A DNA stretch of 64,000 nucleotides from Paraspadella gotoi (taxonomy: Eukaryota; Animalia; Chaetognatha), in assembly GCA_051294375.1 (NCBI GenBank), contig JBJCIZ010000239.1, positions 2,679,476 to 2,743,475 on the forward strand, given 5' to 3'. How positions within the stretch are numbered: position 1 is the stretch's first letter; every line of letters begins with the position of its first letter. Both the position numbers and the translations under genes were made by a program. Under the pieces are notes generated by a model, which was given only the letters and a program-made list of their open reading frames with translations, was not told the DNA's origin and did not search any database. This document shows positions 14,901 to 29,300 of this stretch, one piece after another.

Positions 14901-17754
14901 CCAAGCAGAAGGAAAACGACGAAAGGGTTATGGGTCAGGACACGGAGCGCAGGAATATTATGGTGAGAATATATATATATTAAGGCGTAGTGAAAGTTAC
15001 ATACGAAAATTCTAAAAGTCAATTATGAACAACATACCATCAGTGAACATTAATTTGTAAAAAAAATTAATTTTATGTTTTTTAATTTTCGCAGTAGGCT
15101 ATATTTATATATAGTACTATCCTTATAAAATCGAAAAATTTCAAAATAAGCTTATCTTAATTTTGACTGCAGATTTGAATTCCTCGTCAAAAGTTGATAA
15201 AAGAAAATATAAATAATTGTCAAAAATTATTTCATTAAGTGGGTTAAAAATTAAAAAAACTATATTTAATATATAAAAAGTTAATTTTCAGCTTAAAATA
15301 TAGTTTTTTCTAATTTTTGACCCACTTAATGAAGGAATTTTTCAAAAAGAGTTATATTTCTTTTTATCAACTTTTTATGACGAATCCAAATCTGCAAAAA
15401 AAATCTTAGAAAAAACTGTTTTGAAATTTTAACATTTATTGATTTAGTACTAGTATAAATATGGCCTACTGCGTAAATTGTAAAATTTATTATAAATTTT
15501 TTTATTACATAAATGTTCATTAATATAATATTGTTCGTTCCTCACTTTTAGAATTTTAATTAAAGTTAAATTTAGAAATTTTACTACGCCTTAATATATA
15601 TCTACGTTATAAAAGCTATATATATTTCATCTAAACGAAGCCCCGTTATTAACAAGGATAACATCAAACTTCAAAAAAACCGCAAAGAAATCGAAAAGAA
15701 GAACGAGGAATTGAAAAACTTGAAAGAGGAGACGGCCGGAAGAAATCTGGCCGAGATCGAAGATCAGTTGAACAAAGTGAAGCATCAAATGAGACAACTC
15801 GACTCCAAGATGCGAGAGTAAGACATTTTTTTCATTTTATGAATTTCATTGAGAATTCAACGATTGACGTTTTTTTGTTTGTTTTTTTTTTTTTTTTTTC
15901 ATTGAGAATATGGGATATATGAGATATATATATCTGTATGAGAATGGTTACCCTGGTTTTATATGTCATTGGTTCAGTGGACATTCAATGAGTGACTTAC
16001 TTAATGATTCGGAGGCTACTTGACTGGCTTCTTGGTAAGACTAATGAACTGAGAGTTAGGCTTGCAATATATTCAAGTATAAAAAAGTATAAACCTATGA
16101 AAAGATAGCAATTGCATGTTGCCACCTAACAATTATCTTAATGAGTGCTAAACTAAAAAGTCAGCTGAAATCACAAGAATAATTAAATAGTAAACTAGCA
16201 ATTATGATAATTAAATCATTAATTATTGAGCTATTAATTGAACCACAAATAAACATGATCATCTACTAATGTGAAATATTAATATTAAACCTTTAAGGCA
16301 ATAGAACCAATATCTATCAAAGCTTAATCAGAATACGACAATATGCAAATGAGATTGATGAACTCAATCTCATTCGAGATAATCCACAAATTAATCTGCT
16401 ACAAGAATTTAACCATCGACGTTTTTTTTTTTTTTTTTTTTTTTTTTTTATTAACATCGTGTCTAGATTAGAGATGGATCGCGTCAGTCACGAAAAATCC
16501 ATCTCGATGACGAAGAAAAATCTGGGATCGAAGGAATATCGATCCGTCGACGAGGAATACGGGAGGCAACTCATCAAAGTCGTCACCACGGAGCAGAGCA
16601 AGAAAGATCTCGCCAATTACCATACGGTTGGGAAGGGGGGGGTCTTTTTGCCGTCTCGTCATTGGTCAATGTCAATACGACAATATGCAAATGAGATTGA
16701 TGAACTCGATCTCATTCTTGGTTGTATTCAAAAGTTCCTTCCTTATAGTTTCGATGTTGATGTTGATGTTGATCTCAATCCGTTATGTAGGTTTTAAAAA
16801 CCGCCATGTCCGAGTTCCACAAACTGAAAATGCAAGAAATCAATAAAATAGTTAAGGAATTGTGGCGCACCACCTATCAGGTTTGGATTCCTTTTTTTTT
16901 TTTTACGATAAATATTATACATATTTATTAAATTTAATGGTACTTAACATTTTTTTTTAAAAATATAGGGCAACGACATCGAGTGGATCGAAGTCGTGAC
17001 GGATGTGGAGGAAGACGCTCGGTCCGCCGCGAAGACCGACGACATCGGGAGACAAGCGTACAATTACAGGTCCAGTCCTCGCGCTCTCCCCGTTTTCCCT
17101 CTCGAATCGAAATTAAAACTTCCCCCCCCTTTTAAAACGCAGGGTGGTCATGATGAAAAACGGTCGACCTCTGGACATGCGGGGCCGTTGTTCGGCCGGA
17201 CAAAAGGTCCTGGCTTCCTTGATTATCCGCCTCGCTTTGGCCGAAACCTTTTGTCAAGACTGCGGAGTTTTGGCTCTGGACGAACCAACCACGAATCTCG
17301 ACAGGTCGCGACTTAGAAAAAAAAATTTATGCTGGGTTTTTTATTTTATTTTTTTTTGTTCGCCGAAACACGCTCTTGATACTATTTCTCGCCCCGTCTT
17401 TTAACTAAAAAATAAATTTATAATTCGTAAAAAAAAAATTAAATGATTTTGAAATTTTTTTTTATAAATTGAAGGGAGAATATCGAGAGTCTGGCGAAGG
17501 CTTTGACCGACATCATTCACTCGCGACGCTCGCGGACTTTCCAACTCATCGTCATCACTCACGACGAAGATTTCGTGGAACTTTTGGGTAAGTTGGCCTT
17601 CGTGACCCGACGAATTATTTTTGGTCATTTAATTCCCTCCCTTTGTGTCCCCGTAGGCCGCTCGGAGTTCGTGGAGGAATTTCATTACGTCTCCCGGAAC
17701 AGCCAAGGCCTCTCGTGCGTGGAAACCAGAGACGTTTCTTCCCTCAATAACTAG
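8991..17754 (+). CDS. RAD50: DNA repair protein RAD50 (multi-exon)
   Basis: ATG 8991 ([17 protein letters not shown]), Walker [23 protein letters not shown], long coiled coils, zinc hook CPVC near 13352, signature [10 protein letters not shown], Walker [23 protein letters not shown]; stop at 17754. Confidence 0.95.
9914..10107 (+). repeat. Repeat family A, 5'-truncated diverged copy (RAD50 intron)
   Basis: GAGTGAATAAACAAGACTGTGAGAGAGTCTTGATTGAAAGCTTGC .. TTGTACCAATTTCATAA shared with 7525-7700. Confidence 0.8.
11602..11892 (-). repeat. Repeat family A, full copy (RAD50 intron)
   Basis: Reverse complement of 7419-7700; the same short ORF translation appears in both copies in the ORF track. 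Confidence 0.88.
14984..15590. mobile_element. Foldback MITE with TTAA target duplication (GG..CC termini, Kolobok-like) in a RAD50 intron
   Basis: TTAA|GGCGTAGT ... ACTACGCC|TTAA; imperfect inverted pairing over most of its length (e.g. GCAGTAGGCTATATTTATA / TATAAATATGGCCTACTGC; TTCATTAAGTGGGT / ACCCACTTAATGAA). Confidence 0.8.
16281..16405 (+). repeat. Repeat family B full copy (RAD50 intron)
   Basis: Colinear with 1924-2047; perfect 11-bp stem AATGAGATTGA/TCAATCTCATT. Confidence 0.8.
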
Positions 17755-18331
17755 TACGATCATTCGCTCCGCTTCATTCCCTTATAAGGGGACAACGAAA
17801 CGAAAAACATTTTTCCCATAAACTACGTATTTGATTTTTTTTTTTTAAATACCTACCGATTTGTATTTCTAGTTTAATTGGATTTTTAGTTTACGCCGCA
17901 AATATTCGCGAGGCCATTTTCCTAATACTGCTTCATTTTAATCTAACTGCGGTATTAGTAAACCTTTTATGCGCAAACTTTACATAGTTGTTCACACTTG
18001 TGTAATTCTCGGTCATAAAGGTTACTAGAATCATGTAAAAAGAAAGTGAATGCGGCGCAGCACCGTTCCTTGTTGGATTATCATTCCGTATTTTGTTTTA
18101 TTTTTACTCAATTTCGATTAGTTTTGAATATGTTTTTGAATTACTATACTTCCCATTAAAATGCGCGTTTCAGTAGATATTTTGAAATGAAGTTATTTGT
18201 TATTAAAAATAAAGAAGAACGCACTTTTATTGGATCAATTATGCAATATGCATGGCCATACTTACGTCATTTTTATTTCATATATTCCGTTTTACACGTA
18301 TTACTTTAGACAGTCAACTTTGTTAGTAAAT

Positions 18332-18738
18332 ATGCCTCGGCCGAACAAGAAAAAGTCGTGGAAAAAAGGTTTTCAAACGTCGGAGAAAGACTTGACGAAT
18401 CAAAAAGTTAAAAACCAATACAAGAAGCTGTTACGAAAATCCGAGTTCAAACGAGTCCCTCCCAAATCTACGTCGACGATGAGAGAGACCCAGACACCCC
18501 GCTGAAGTCGAAGGCTCCGTCCCGAGCCCAGAAGCTATTGGCGGAAAAGCGAGAGAAGGAACGCCTCGCCGCCAAAAAGCAGGAGGACGCGGCGGCGAGA
18601 AAGATCGCGTTGGAGGAATATCGAAAGAAGAAGACGAAAGACTTTAAACGCCTCAGTAAAAAGACCACCAAGGGACAACCTCATATGGGCAGTAAAATGG
18701 AAATTCTACTCGGCAAAATTCAGCGGCAGATGCAGTGA
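18332..18738 (+). CDS. CCDC59: CCDC59/TAP26 (Fyv7-like rRNA-processing protein); reading frame interrupted by an apparent frameshift near 18445-18505
   Basis: N-terminal part MPRPNKKKSWK..KVKNQYKKLLRKSE in one frame; C-terminal KRLSKKTTKGQPHMGSKMEILLGKIQ in the -1 frame. Confidence 0.7.
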
Positions 18739-18799
18739 TTTTTCCCCGTTTTTAATTTTTTAGTTTTCTTTTTTTCATAGAAATTTAAATCATAAAATC

Positions 18800-21700
18800 A
18801 TGAAGACGATGGACGGAAAATCCATGTGGTTTTCCCTTTTGATTCTCTTTTGTCTATCGATCTCCGTAAAGCCCGGATCCACGCCCTCCGTTCATTACGA
18901 CGCGTTCCCGGAATACCTCCCTCCTCTCGACAATCGTCACTTCTCCGAGCCGGATACTTCGCCGCCGTCGAAGGAGAGATTCAAAGTTCTTTGGTTCCGC
19001 GACGTTCAATCCTTTCGCGACGCGATCGAGAACAAGCGGCTGACGATGGTCTACTTCAAGCCGGTGGCGCCGATGACGAACCGTCAGCGCAAAGAGGAGC
19101 GAACTTACGAGAAGGAGATCGCCATCGCGGCAGAGTATCTTCATCACGGGTACGAGGTAGTCGCGGCGACGATGCATTGTCGGGATGTCACCGACGCCGA
19201 GTTAAAGGCGAAAGCTTGTCCCCCAAAACTGGAAGAGAACGTCGTCAGGTTTTACTCTTCCGGTCGGGAGCTCGTCGAGTTGGGCGTCGCTGGACTCTAC
19301 GATGAAAACTCCTTAGTCTCCAACGTCCTCACGGTGTGTAAGAGGAAAATGATTAAAAACGTCATTAAATGCCCGTCAAGTTTTTTCTTTCTTTTTGCGC
19401 CGTCCTAGGTGTTGTTAGTTAACGACATTCACATCATAGAAAAACCCAACGAAATTCTAAAACTAGAAAAAAAATACGTGGGAAAGAAAAATATTGGTAA
19501 GTATTAAAAGATATGTTTTCGAACTTTTCCTCGGAAGCTTTACAAAGACCTTTCAAATTGTGAATTCTTTAGTCGTAAGCTACCACGATATCATCGGTTC
19601 CGCGCCTCATCGCGAAATCATGGAAGTGGCCCACCACTCAAAGCGCGAGCACCTCTTCGTGATCACCACCTTCAACGAATCTCTTTCTCTGTTACCTCTC
19701 GGTACGGATCTCACGCGTCTTCCGACGACTGCCGTCTGGGTTCTCTTGTGCAAGGAATCCACCGGTGTTCCTTGCCATGTCGTCAACTTTACCGAGACAG
19801 GATCTCGGATCACCTCGAAAAGACTCGGTCAGTTTCTATACCATTTGGAACTTGAACCGGTCAAGGAATTTCCAGATCCGGATCTTCCTCCGGCGTCGAT
19901 GGAACCGGTGACAATGCGTCGTTCTTTTCCGGAAACTGAGCTTCACGAAATAACCATTTCGTTCGATTCGCGGCCGCAAGATGGCCTGAAGAAACGAGAC
20001 TTTCTTCGAAACGTCGCCAAGGAATTGTCTCTGCGATACCGAGGAGAGGTATTGGATCATTAATGATTCGAATTGAGAATTTTCCGATCGGCTTAATATC
20101 TTAGTTCTCAACTTGCAGATCGGATTTGTTCTTTTCGATCGCGCATTCGAGTCTCCTCCTTCGGACGTTGTGGGCTCTGTCCTTATCATTACCTTTCGCG
20201 CTTTTAGCAAAGAATCCCAAGTAAAAGAAGACCTGCCTTCAACGAAACTCTTGTACACGGACGACGCATTTGCCCTCGAAGGGGATTTGATCTTCATGCT
20301 ATGGGACAGAATCGACGATGAACTTCGGCGAGCACATAAGAACGACGACGACGACGACGACGACGACGAGCTCTTCAAAGAGAAACTCGACGATCCCGTT
20401 CTCGTCAAGTTGCAGGAATACATGGGGAACAAGAGTTGGGAAGAACACGCGCACCGTCACGTCGCGACGCCCAAGAGCCACGGTTTAAAAGAGTTTCGGG
20501 GAATGATCGAGTCTCGATCCAAGTCGCAGCTCGTTTTGTTTTATTTATTCACCGACGGAAATAGCAAACTCGCCCTTCTCGCCTTCGGTAAATCCGCAAA
20601 AATATCCGACCTGAAACCAAAGACGAAAAACTCTTTTCTAAGAATTCATTGCGGCGATTGGCCCGACGTTTGCCTTCACTACGGCGTCGTTCGTTATCCC
20701 GTCGTCAAGATTTTCGATTTCTCCGCCGACGGCGTCTCGCATCGGGATTTTTCTGGGATCGTGGACGTCGACAGTCTCGTTGTGGCGGCGAATTTGCTGA
20801 GTGAGCCTCCGGTGTTGACGGCGAAAGAGGCTGATGGTTTGCGGGGAAACGGCTACGTCCAGAGAGCCTCATTCTTGCACGCAACGGGACGAAGGCTCGA
20901 CGAAATGGGCACCGCCATGTTTAAAGAAGTAGCGAGGAAGCATCGCGGCGAAGCGATATTCGTTATCGACGATGAAGGAGTTTCTGATCGTCGGCAATGT
21001 CCGGACATCGCGTCTGAAGGAAACTTAATAGTTGTGAGGCGCCCATGGGATAATCTTTGGCCGGAAGTCTGCGTCGAACTCAAGGCGACCGGCGAGGATC
21101 TCTGGCCCTGGATATCGGCAGCTGCTCGCCGTTCCGCCTGGCTCGAAATCACTGTCAAAACATTGCCGCAAGTCTTGGAGAAGGATAGACCGCTTCTTGT
21201 CCTTTTCGTTAACGAGATCCAGGAACCTGTTGAGGATTCGACCAAGGGTTTGGCCTGGAAGTTGGCCGGGATATTGGTTAGCGACGGAGAACGTGAGGAA
21301 TCGGACCACCGCCAGATGTTGGATTGGGCCCATTCGGAATTTTCTTCGGCCGTTTCGGTGGGATGGATGAATGTTGCAGCTAATCCTCTTCACAAGGAAG
21401 TGTTCAAGACGTACCACCCCTTGGGCACGGACCAAACTATTCCAAGTTTAACTTTCGTTGATTTCCAAAAAGGTTAGAGCTATGAGAAAAGAAAGTTTAA
21501 CAACTGATTAATCCACAGCTTTTTAAATAAAACGGGGCTTACTGATACTTACTTTGATTTTTATTCAGGGAAAGCCGTCAACATTCCCTTCTCGACGGCT
21601 CTCAACGGCGTGGAGTGGCTGAGGCGACTCGTGGAGAATCCCGATTCCGTCGACGACGCCCTCTTGAAGCCGATCTTCGACCCGGCTAGCGAAGGACCCG

Positions 21701-22269
21701 GCCCCATCGTTCTCTCACGGGTCGTTCATCTGCCTCGAGGTTACGTGGGTCCCGCGAAAAAAAACATCGATTTCAAGCAAAAACTCGCGATGGAAGCGAA
21801 AATGAAAAAGGAGAAAAAACGAAGGCGGGAAAAGGCGGGATTTGATGATGATGATGAAGGGGAAGTCGAGCTAGATACTGACGAGGAAGACTCTCAGGAA
21901 GAAACCCGAGGTCCAAGTGATTTTCGTGGAACGAAGATTACCGGCAATAAGATGGAAGAAAAAACGGAGGTCAACAGGTTCGTTTAAGTACATAAATACG
22001 AAGAGTGAATGACAGACGTGCATGGAATACAACTCGATTCGTTATTTGTCAGATTGGAGGCGGAAAATGATTTGGCGGAGCGAATCAAATTGATCGAGCA
22101 TCAGTGGAAGAAAGATCCTACGCTTCTGTTGAAAATGAAGAAAGAGATCGACTCTGAGGCATCTCGCAAAAGTTTCAGAAAAGTCCTCAAGGAACTGATG
22201 CGAAGAAATCCTGATCGCGTTGTGGAATTAGAAGAACTAATTCACAAACCGATACACAATGAGCTGTGA
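18800..22269 (+). CDS. ER-luminal multi-thioredoxin-fold protein (PDI family, TXNDC16/ERp90-like), no CxxC seen
   Basis: Signal peptide (MWFSLLILFCLSISVK), Trx-like segments (RIHCGDWPDVCLHYGVVRYPVVKIF; EITVKTLPQVL..RPLLVLFV), C-terminal HNEL ER-retention-like signal; about 6 exons. Confidence 0.6.
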
Positions 22270-23021
22270 TATTTTAAGTCGGATTTTTTGTTTTGTTTTT
22301 TTTTTTTTGTTTTGGTTTTTTTTACAAGTGTTACTCAATCTGCTTTTTCAGTATTTCATATAAGGTTTTTATTTACCTTTTTTTTCTTCAGCATGATCTT
22401 TATAAAAAATTGTATTACTGACGCTGCGTTTTCTACACAATACTTAATAAGTAAATAATAATAATAAGTATTACCTATAAGTATTACTTATAGGTAGTTT
22501 GGGGAGAAGAAAGAAATGTAAGATAGGACACTATTATTTAATTATTTAATAAAAGTTATTTATGATATACTTTTGGGTATTATAATCTAATATTCTGATG
22601 AAAAATAAATTTCTTTCATCTTTCTTCTTTCTTTGAAAGCGGTAGTCGCAAATATTTAATCATATATTATTTTATATGTTAAAATACTTGGATGTTAATG
22701 ATCTGATTTTTGTCAATATATTTTGGTGCACAATTTATTAGGTACTGAAAGTACATAGATCTTTTTTGTCGGGATTTTTATTTAATAAACTATATTTTTT
22801 ATTTCACATTTAAGCTGCCCTGTTCAATTTAACTGAAAGTGGTGCAGGACCACGTATTGCAAAATTAGTTTTACCAGTCATTGCGCGCTCTAGATAATCA
22901 CCACCGTTCTGACTAACGTAAATGTACATTTATTTTTAAACATTCAGACGACGAGAATCAGAATGAATCGCTTTTCCTCGTAAAGCGGAGGGCTCGATTA
23001 TTTAGATATAAAGGTATAAAA

Positions 23022-24840
23022 ATGAAGTTACGTTTCTTGAGGACGCTTAAAGAGAGAGACAGGTTCACTTGGTTTCGTGATAATTTGCGCGCAATACATC
23101 TTTGGATCATCGTCGTCGCCATCTTTGTCCAATCTAACCTCGTTTCCTGTCGACGCCGATCTCGAACCTGCGCGGATCTTATATTCGGAGCTGACGAACT
23201 CCGCGCCTCGCCAGAAATGGCCCCCGTCTTCGTCAAGCGAATCAACGTGAAACCGAGAGCTTCTATTTTAAATCCAACCGACGTGTTAAGCATCGAAAAT
23301 ACCGACCTTACTCTGAGTCTCTCGTTGGACAAGAAAAAGTTGAGTTGTTTCCGATGGAACGAAGAGAAAAAAGCCTTCGTTCTTCGCAAGCGACATCAAA
23401 ACAAATCTTGGCGCAAGGCATTTAGAGACAAGGATTTCCGTTGGTACAGAAGAGAATCGCGCCTCGTCTTCGTCCACGGAAACTGGACCGTTCGATCCTC
23501 GTTGATTCCCCTCCTTGCCGACGAGATCAAGATCTGCTGTTACTTCTGCCTCAAGAAAAGTAAGAGGGAATGGTACGCGCAGCGAAGTCGAACAGGGAAG
23601 ATGCATCCCAAATTCGAGGTTCCTTGGCGGCCGGGTGTCCCGAGCCATTGCCGCTCCGAGCAGATCGAGATCGCCAACGCTTCCGGGGAAGACGCCGGAA
23701 ATTACCTTCTCCGTTTCGGCGACTTCGGGATGGAATTTAAAGTGAGCGTGGAAAAACGCGAGCCACGCCCACCGAAAATTCTCGAGTCTTCCCGAGATCT
23801 CGATTGGAAAGTGGGCGAGAAGTCGCGAAAGCTCGAAGTAACCTTCGCAGTCGAAACCGAAAATCCGCTGGTTTACTGGTTGCGCTACAACGTGACGATC
23901 GAGAGACCGGAACCTTCGGACAACGTGTCCCGAGTAGTCGCCGATTTGACGGATATCATTTATACCAATCCTTTCGCCTATCGCAAGGAAAAAGAACTTT
24001 CTTTGCATTCTCTCGTCGAAAAGAACGTTTTCAAAGTGATCAAGGCGAGTCAGTCGAAAAGGATCGATTTGAGTCCGGCCTTTCCGGGACCGGACGTTTT
24101 CGAGTTTCCTCCCAGATTCGTTTACAGCTCTAGCATAAAGTTTCGAAAGATCTCCCGTCATTTCTATGCCTGCTACATCTGTCTCCTCATGGATCGTGCC
24201 AACAAGCTGAGCACCCTCGTCAACTTTTGTCCGCGAGTCGCCTCGCCTCTTCCGCCGCCCGATCCTCCGGAGAATTTATTAAATTCCCAAACGATTGTGG
24301 CTTCCAATCTTTGGCTCAGGGTTTATCTGTGGATCGGCGGCGGAGTCTTCGTATTTTTCTGCTTATTGATCTGCTTCTTAGCCATTTGTTTTAAGAGAGG
24401 GAGAAAGGGAAGCTACCTCAACAGCGGCGTCTCCTCCAATTCAGGGAATCGTCGGAAAGCGATGACCGCGAAATGGATCGAAGCTAAAATTTCCACTTTG
24501 ATAGATGTTAGTTGCCTTAAATTGGGCAAGAATAGGACGATTTTTAAGATCTTTTTTTAAGATTAAAAACGTTTGGTTTATTGTGAAAAAAAAAAGGCTT
24601 CATCGTTTTCCGATCGGATGGCGTTTTTCCTTGCAAGGTTATTCCAACCATCGTCCGTCAAGAAACGATGCTACCGATGACAACGACAACGACGACATTG
24701 ATGATCTGCCGCTGGGATTTTCGGTGAGCCAGTTAAAGCTGTCATCGTCCGACTCCGGGATGGAGCGCTCTGCGGAAAGGCAAGCCCAAGGGCTTAACGT
24801 AAGCGACGACGAGGTCACGCAGCATTTGGCCGTTTTGTAG
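23022..24840 (+). CDS. Single-pass Ig-domain membrane protein, FGFR-like ectodomain without kinase (FGFRL1/nou-darake-like)
   Basis: Hydrophobic N-terminal segment, IANASGEDAGNY, linker VEKREPRPPKIL, ENPLVYWLRYNV, TM (VYLWIGGGVFVFFCLLICFLAICF) then a short tail ending at 24840; last splice junction uncertain. Confidence 0.55.
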
Positions 24841-25331
24841 AAGACGCGAGCGCATATATCTTAGCCTTAATTTTTCTTTTTATCTCTCATCCAAAAGTGC
24901 ATTTGGATTTGGTAGGTTTGGGATGGAGATTCATATTTTTAATACGTCTTGTTTTGTTTTTTGTTTTTTGTTTTTTTTTTTTTGCTTCAAGGCAATTTTA
25001 TTTTTTTATCGTGATTTTTTAAAAAAATTGTTGAAAAACTCATTTTTAGTTTACAATTGATCCTATGAATCTTTTTCTACTCCAGTGACACTTGGCTTGC
25101 TTTTCTATCAAGCAGTGATTTTTACGTTTTTACGTTTTTATACCTTTTTAGATATTCCACTAGTGCCTTTTGATAAAAGTGTTTTTATATTCATTATATT
25201 TCTCGTTATAGAATACACTGTAGTACATCCAGTTATTTTCTCTTAAATTTGATATAATATGACTGATTTAATGTTTAAAACGTTTTATACTAACTTGATA
25301 TTTCACTTTGCCCTTTTGTTTTATAGCCTAA

Positions 25332-26145
<814 letters not shown>

Positions 26146-26327
26146 CGCCATGTCGAACCGATGTCAGACTGCACCAGAACTTTGCACAAATTAGCACAAA
26201 CTCACAAAAGAGCCGAATCATGCAAATTTTCAGTATGATCTCACGTTATTTAATTCGTCTCATTTCTTTTGTTTACCAATCCCCGGTCCGTTCGTCTTTT
26301 TTTTTTTTTTTTTTAAGTCTAGTCAAA

Positions 26328-29300
26328 ATGACGCTCTCGCACACGCTGGACATGAGGAGGGCATTGACAGAGGGCGTGATCTCGAATCTACTGGATGGCG
26401 ATCACGACGGTTCCCCTTTCACTGTCGTGATACTTCGCGTCGACGATAAAGAGTCGAACGAACCTGAGTTTGAAAACGTCACATTAGTCGGCGACTTGAC
26501 TATTTCCGATGGCAAGACGTATGGCTGCGTTAACGTCTCGGAAGAAGTCGGGAAGATGCTGAAACCTTACGGCGGGAAATTGGAACCGTGGAACGTGATC
26601 GACGTTCTCGAATATAGCGCCGAAATGTATCCAGGCACCAAACTCTTCAAGGGTTGTCAACTAGTGACCTTAACCAAGATCAGAAAGACCGTCTTCGACG
26701 AGGACTTCAGGCATTCTATGAAATTGACGCTAAAAACGGACTTTATGGGAGCCTTATCTCAAAAACCATACTTTAACGAGGATTCTCTCCAAAGATTTCC
26801 CGACGAAAATTCGTGCATTTGTCCCCTGGACGAGACTTGCCTCGTGAGAGCCGTATTTGGTCACCTTCGATTCAATTCTGGCCTTTGCTTACACATCATA
26901 AGCGAAGCCATTGATTTAAATCATATTCGAGACAATTTTTTTTTCTACGATATGTCTCGTTCGCACGATCCGATAGATATCGAGTGGACGGAAGAAAAGA
27001 GGGCGCTGATCGCGAAGCTGCTCGTCGACGCGAGGGCCAAGCACGACTCGAATCCTCTCGAACTGAGGCATCACTGGGAGCCGCAATCGTTGAACGCCAA
27101 TTTAACCCTATTGAGAATCCTTTCCCTCCGAGAATGTAACGAGAATGTTTTGGGTCAATTATATCCCGTTATCGAGAAGGAGTTGGACGATTCCGCGAAG
27201 GCGAACATTAGACGGCACGCTTACTATAAGATGGCTCATTATAAAAAGTTTCGAACGGTGGATTTTTTAAAGGCGCTTCGCGTTCCACTCGTGTCTTCTC
27301 CAAAGGACGCCGTTAATTTTTTCGACGACATCCAATTCGACGATTGCCGATTCATAGAAATTGTCGAAGCGGATGGATTCGACCTCAACTCTAACCACGG
27401 CCCCTTTCGCCTGCTACACTCGATGGCGGAGATGCATTTCAGGGAATGCGTGGAGTTTCTGTTGAATCGAGGATTCGACGTCGAGAGTCGGAACGAGAAC
27501 GGGTTGACTCCCTTCATGACCGTCGTCTTGTCCGATTACGTGAATCGATTGAAGCGTTCCGAATATTCGTTCAAGAGATTAGAGTTTCTCCGTTGGCTGA
27601 TTTCGAAAGGAGCGGATCCGTTGGCCGTGACGCCGGACCAGAAGACTTGTTTGCACGTTGCCATCGCCGAACGAAGGGAAAATTCCATCTCCTACCTCAT
27701 GACTCTCGGCTTGGTCGTCGTCCGACGGGCGAAGGGAAAGAAACCCGAATTGGTTGAGATCGAGGAGAAGATGAAGAAGAAGACGCTCAACTCGTTGCTC
27801 AAGGATGAAAGGGTTTTCTATTGGCCCAATCAATGCGAAAGATGCGAACAACGTTGCCAGATCGACTGCTCGCTCTGTATATGGTGCGATAAAAGAGAAA
27901 AATCTAGAGAGAGAAAGAAGGTCTTGCCATTTAAAAAGCGTGACGTTGCGGAAGAGGCCCCGAGAGCGTCCGTCGAATCCGAGGCACAAAATCTTTCGAC
28001 GAATTCCTTGGACACCCCGTGCGTCGACTATCCGCTTCGCTCGCCGCCCGCCCCCATTCTTTGCAAATTCGAATTCTGTTGTGAAAATGACCACGTGATT
28101 TCCAAGAAAGACAAGAATTACTTCGAGGCTTTTTGTAAGGACAAGTGCAGGGTTATTTTTCACCGCAGTTGCTGGAACAAATTCAAGGGAGAGGTGTCGA
28201 CGAAGAACTTCTTGGGCGCCAACTGTATGACCCCTGATTGTCCTTCGCAAATTCATGTCATCCACGTTTTGGATTTGGAGCGAAATCTTAAAGCCCAATA
28301 TTCGATGGAGGAGAGAGAACAAAAGGTCAAGAAGCAGAAACGTCAGAAAGTCGACTCCATTTTCGAAGCGAAGGAAAATCAAAACCAAGAATCGAAACTA
28401 AAGTTCAAAAACCAAACGGAAAGTATTGATCAAAATATTAGAGAAGTTGAGGATCGTACGTCGATGCCGATCGAGAATGAAATGGCCTCACTGCGAATCT
28501 CACCAGCGCCGAAATTGACTCCAGATCTAATTCATCTCGAGGAAGAATATCTCATCAAACTGGAGAAGCCTCACGTCGACGAGGAAAATTTCATGATTAA
28601 GTCTTCGAAAAAGAGAAAAAAGAAAAAGAAAAACGCGAGAGAAAATTTGTTTCAATTTAACCTTTTCGCTGAGAGCGTGAGTGACGGCGCGGGGAACGGA
28701 AATGAGGCAAATGAGAATCTTGACAGCTTGACTCTTGACGCTGGCGGCGAAATCAGCCAATCAGCGCCGGATCCTCTAATCAAAGAGATATCCTACCAAA
28801 CATTGTTCGAACAATTGGCGAATAATGGGAATCGATGTACTTTAGCAACGTTGCAAGATAAGATTCAGGATTGGGATCCGCCACTCCGTCAATCTTTGTT
28901 GACTGAGGGTCTGAAAGAAGCGTTGTTATCCGATTCTCTAGGAAGGTTTTCCTTATGTATTGAGGACGGTGTGGAAATGGTATGTCTCAAGGTAAAAAAT
29001 GAGACGGAAATTGTCGAAGACGAGGCCATCCTTCACGATCAACTTCGAGGCAACGTCCCTTGTGGAGAGCGAACAGAAATTGAAGCCAAAACCCAAGACG
29101 ATGCCTGCCAACGTTGCGCGACGCTGGAAAATCGTTGCAACACGATGGAGAGCAGATGCGTTGAATTAGAGAATCGATGCTCCTCGCTGGAAAGTCGTTA
29201 CTCGGCGTTGGAGGAACGATTCGTAGATCTGCAAACCAGACTGGAGAATTGGCAAGAAGAAGACGGAAGGGATAATTTTAGGGAGCTTTGCTGCTTTTGT

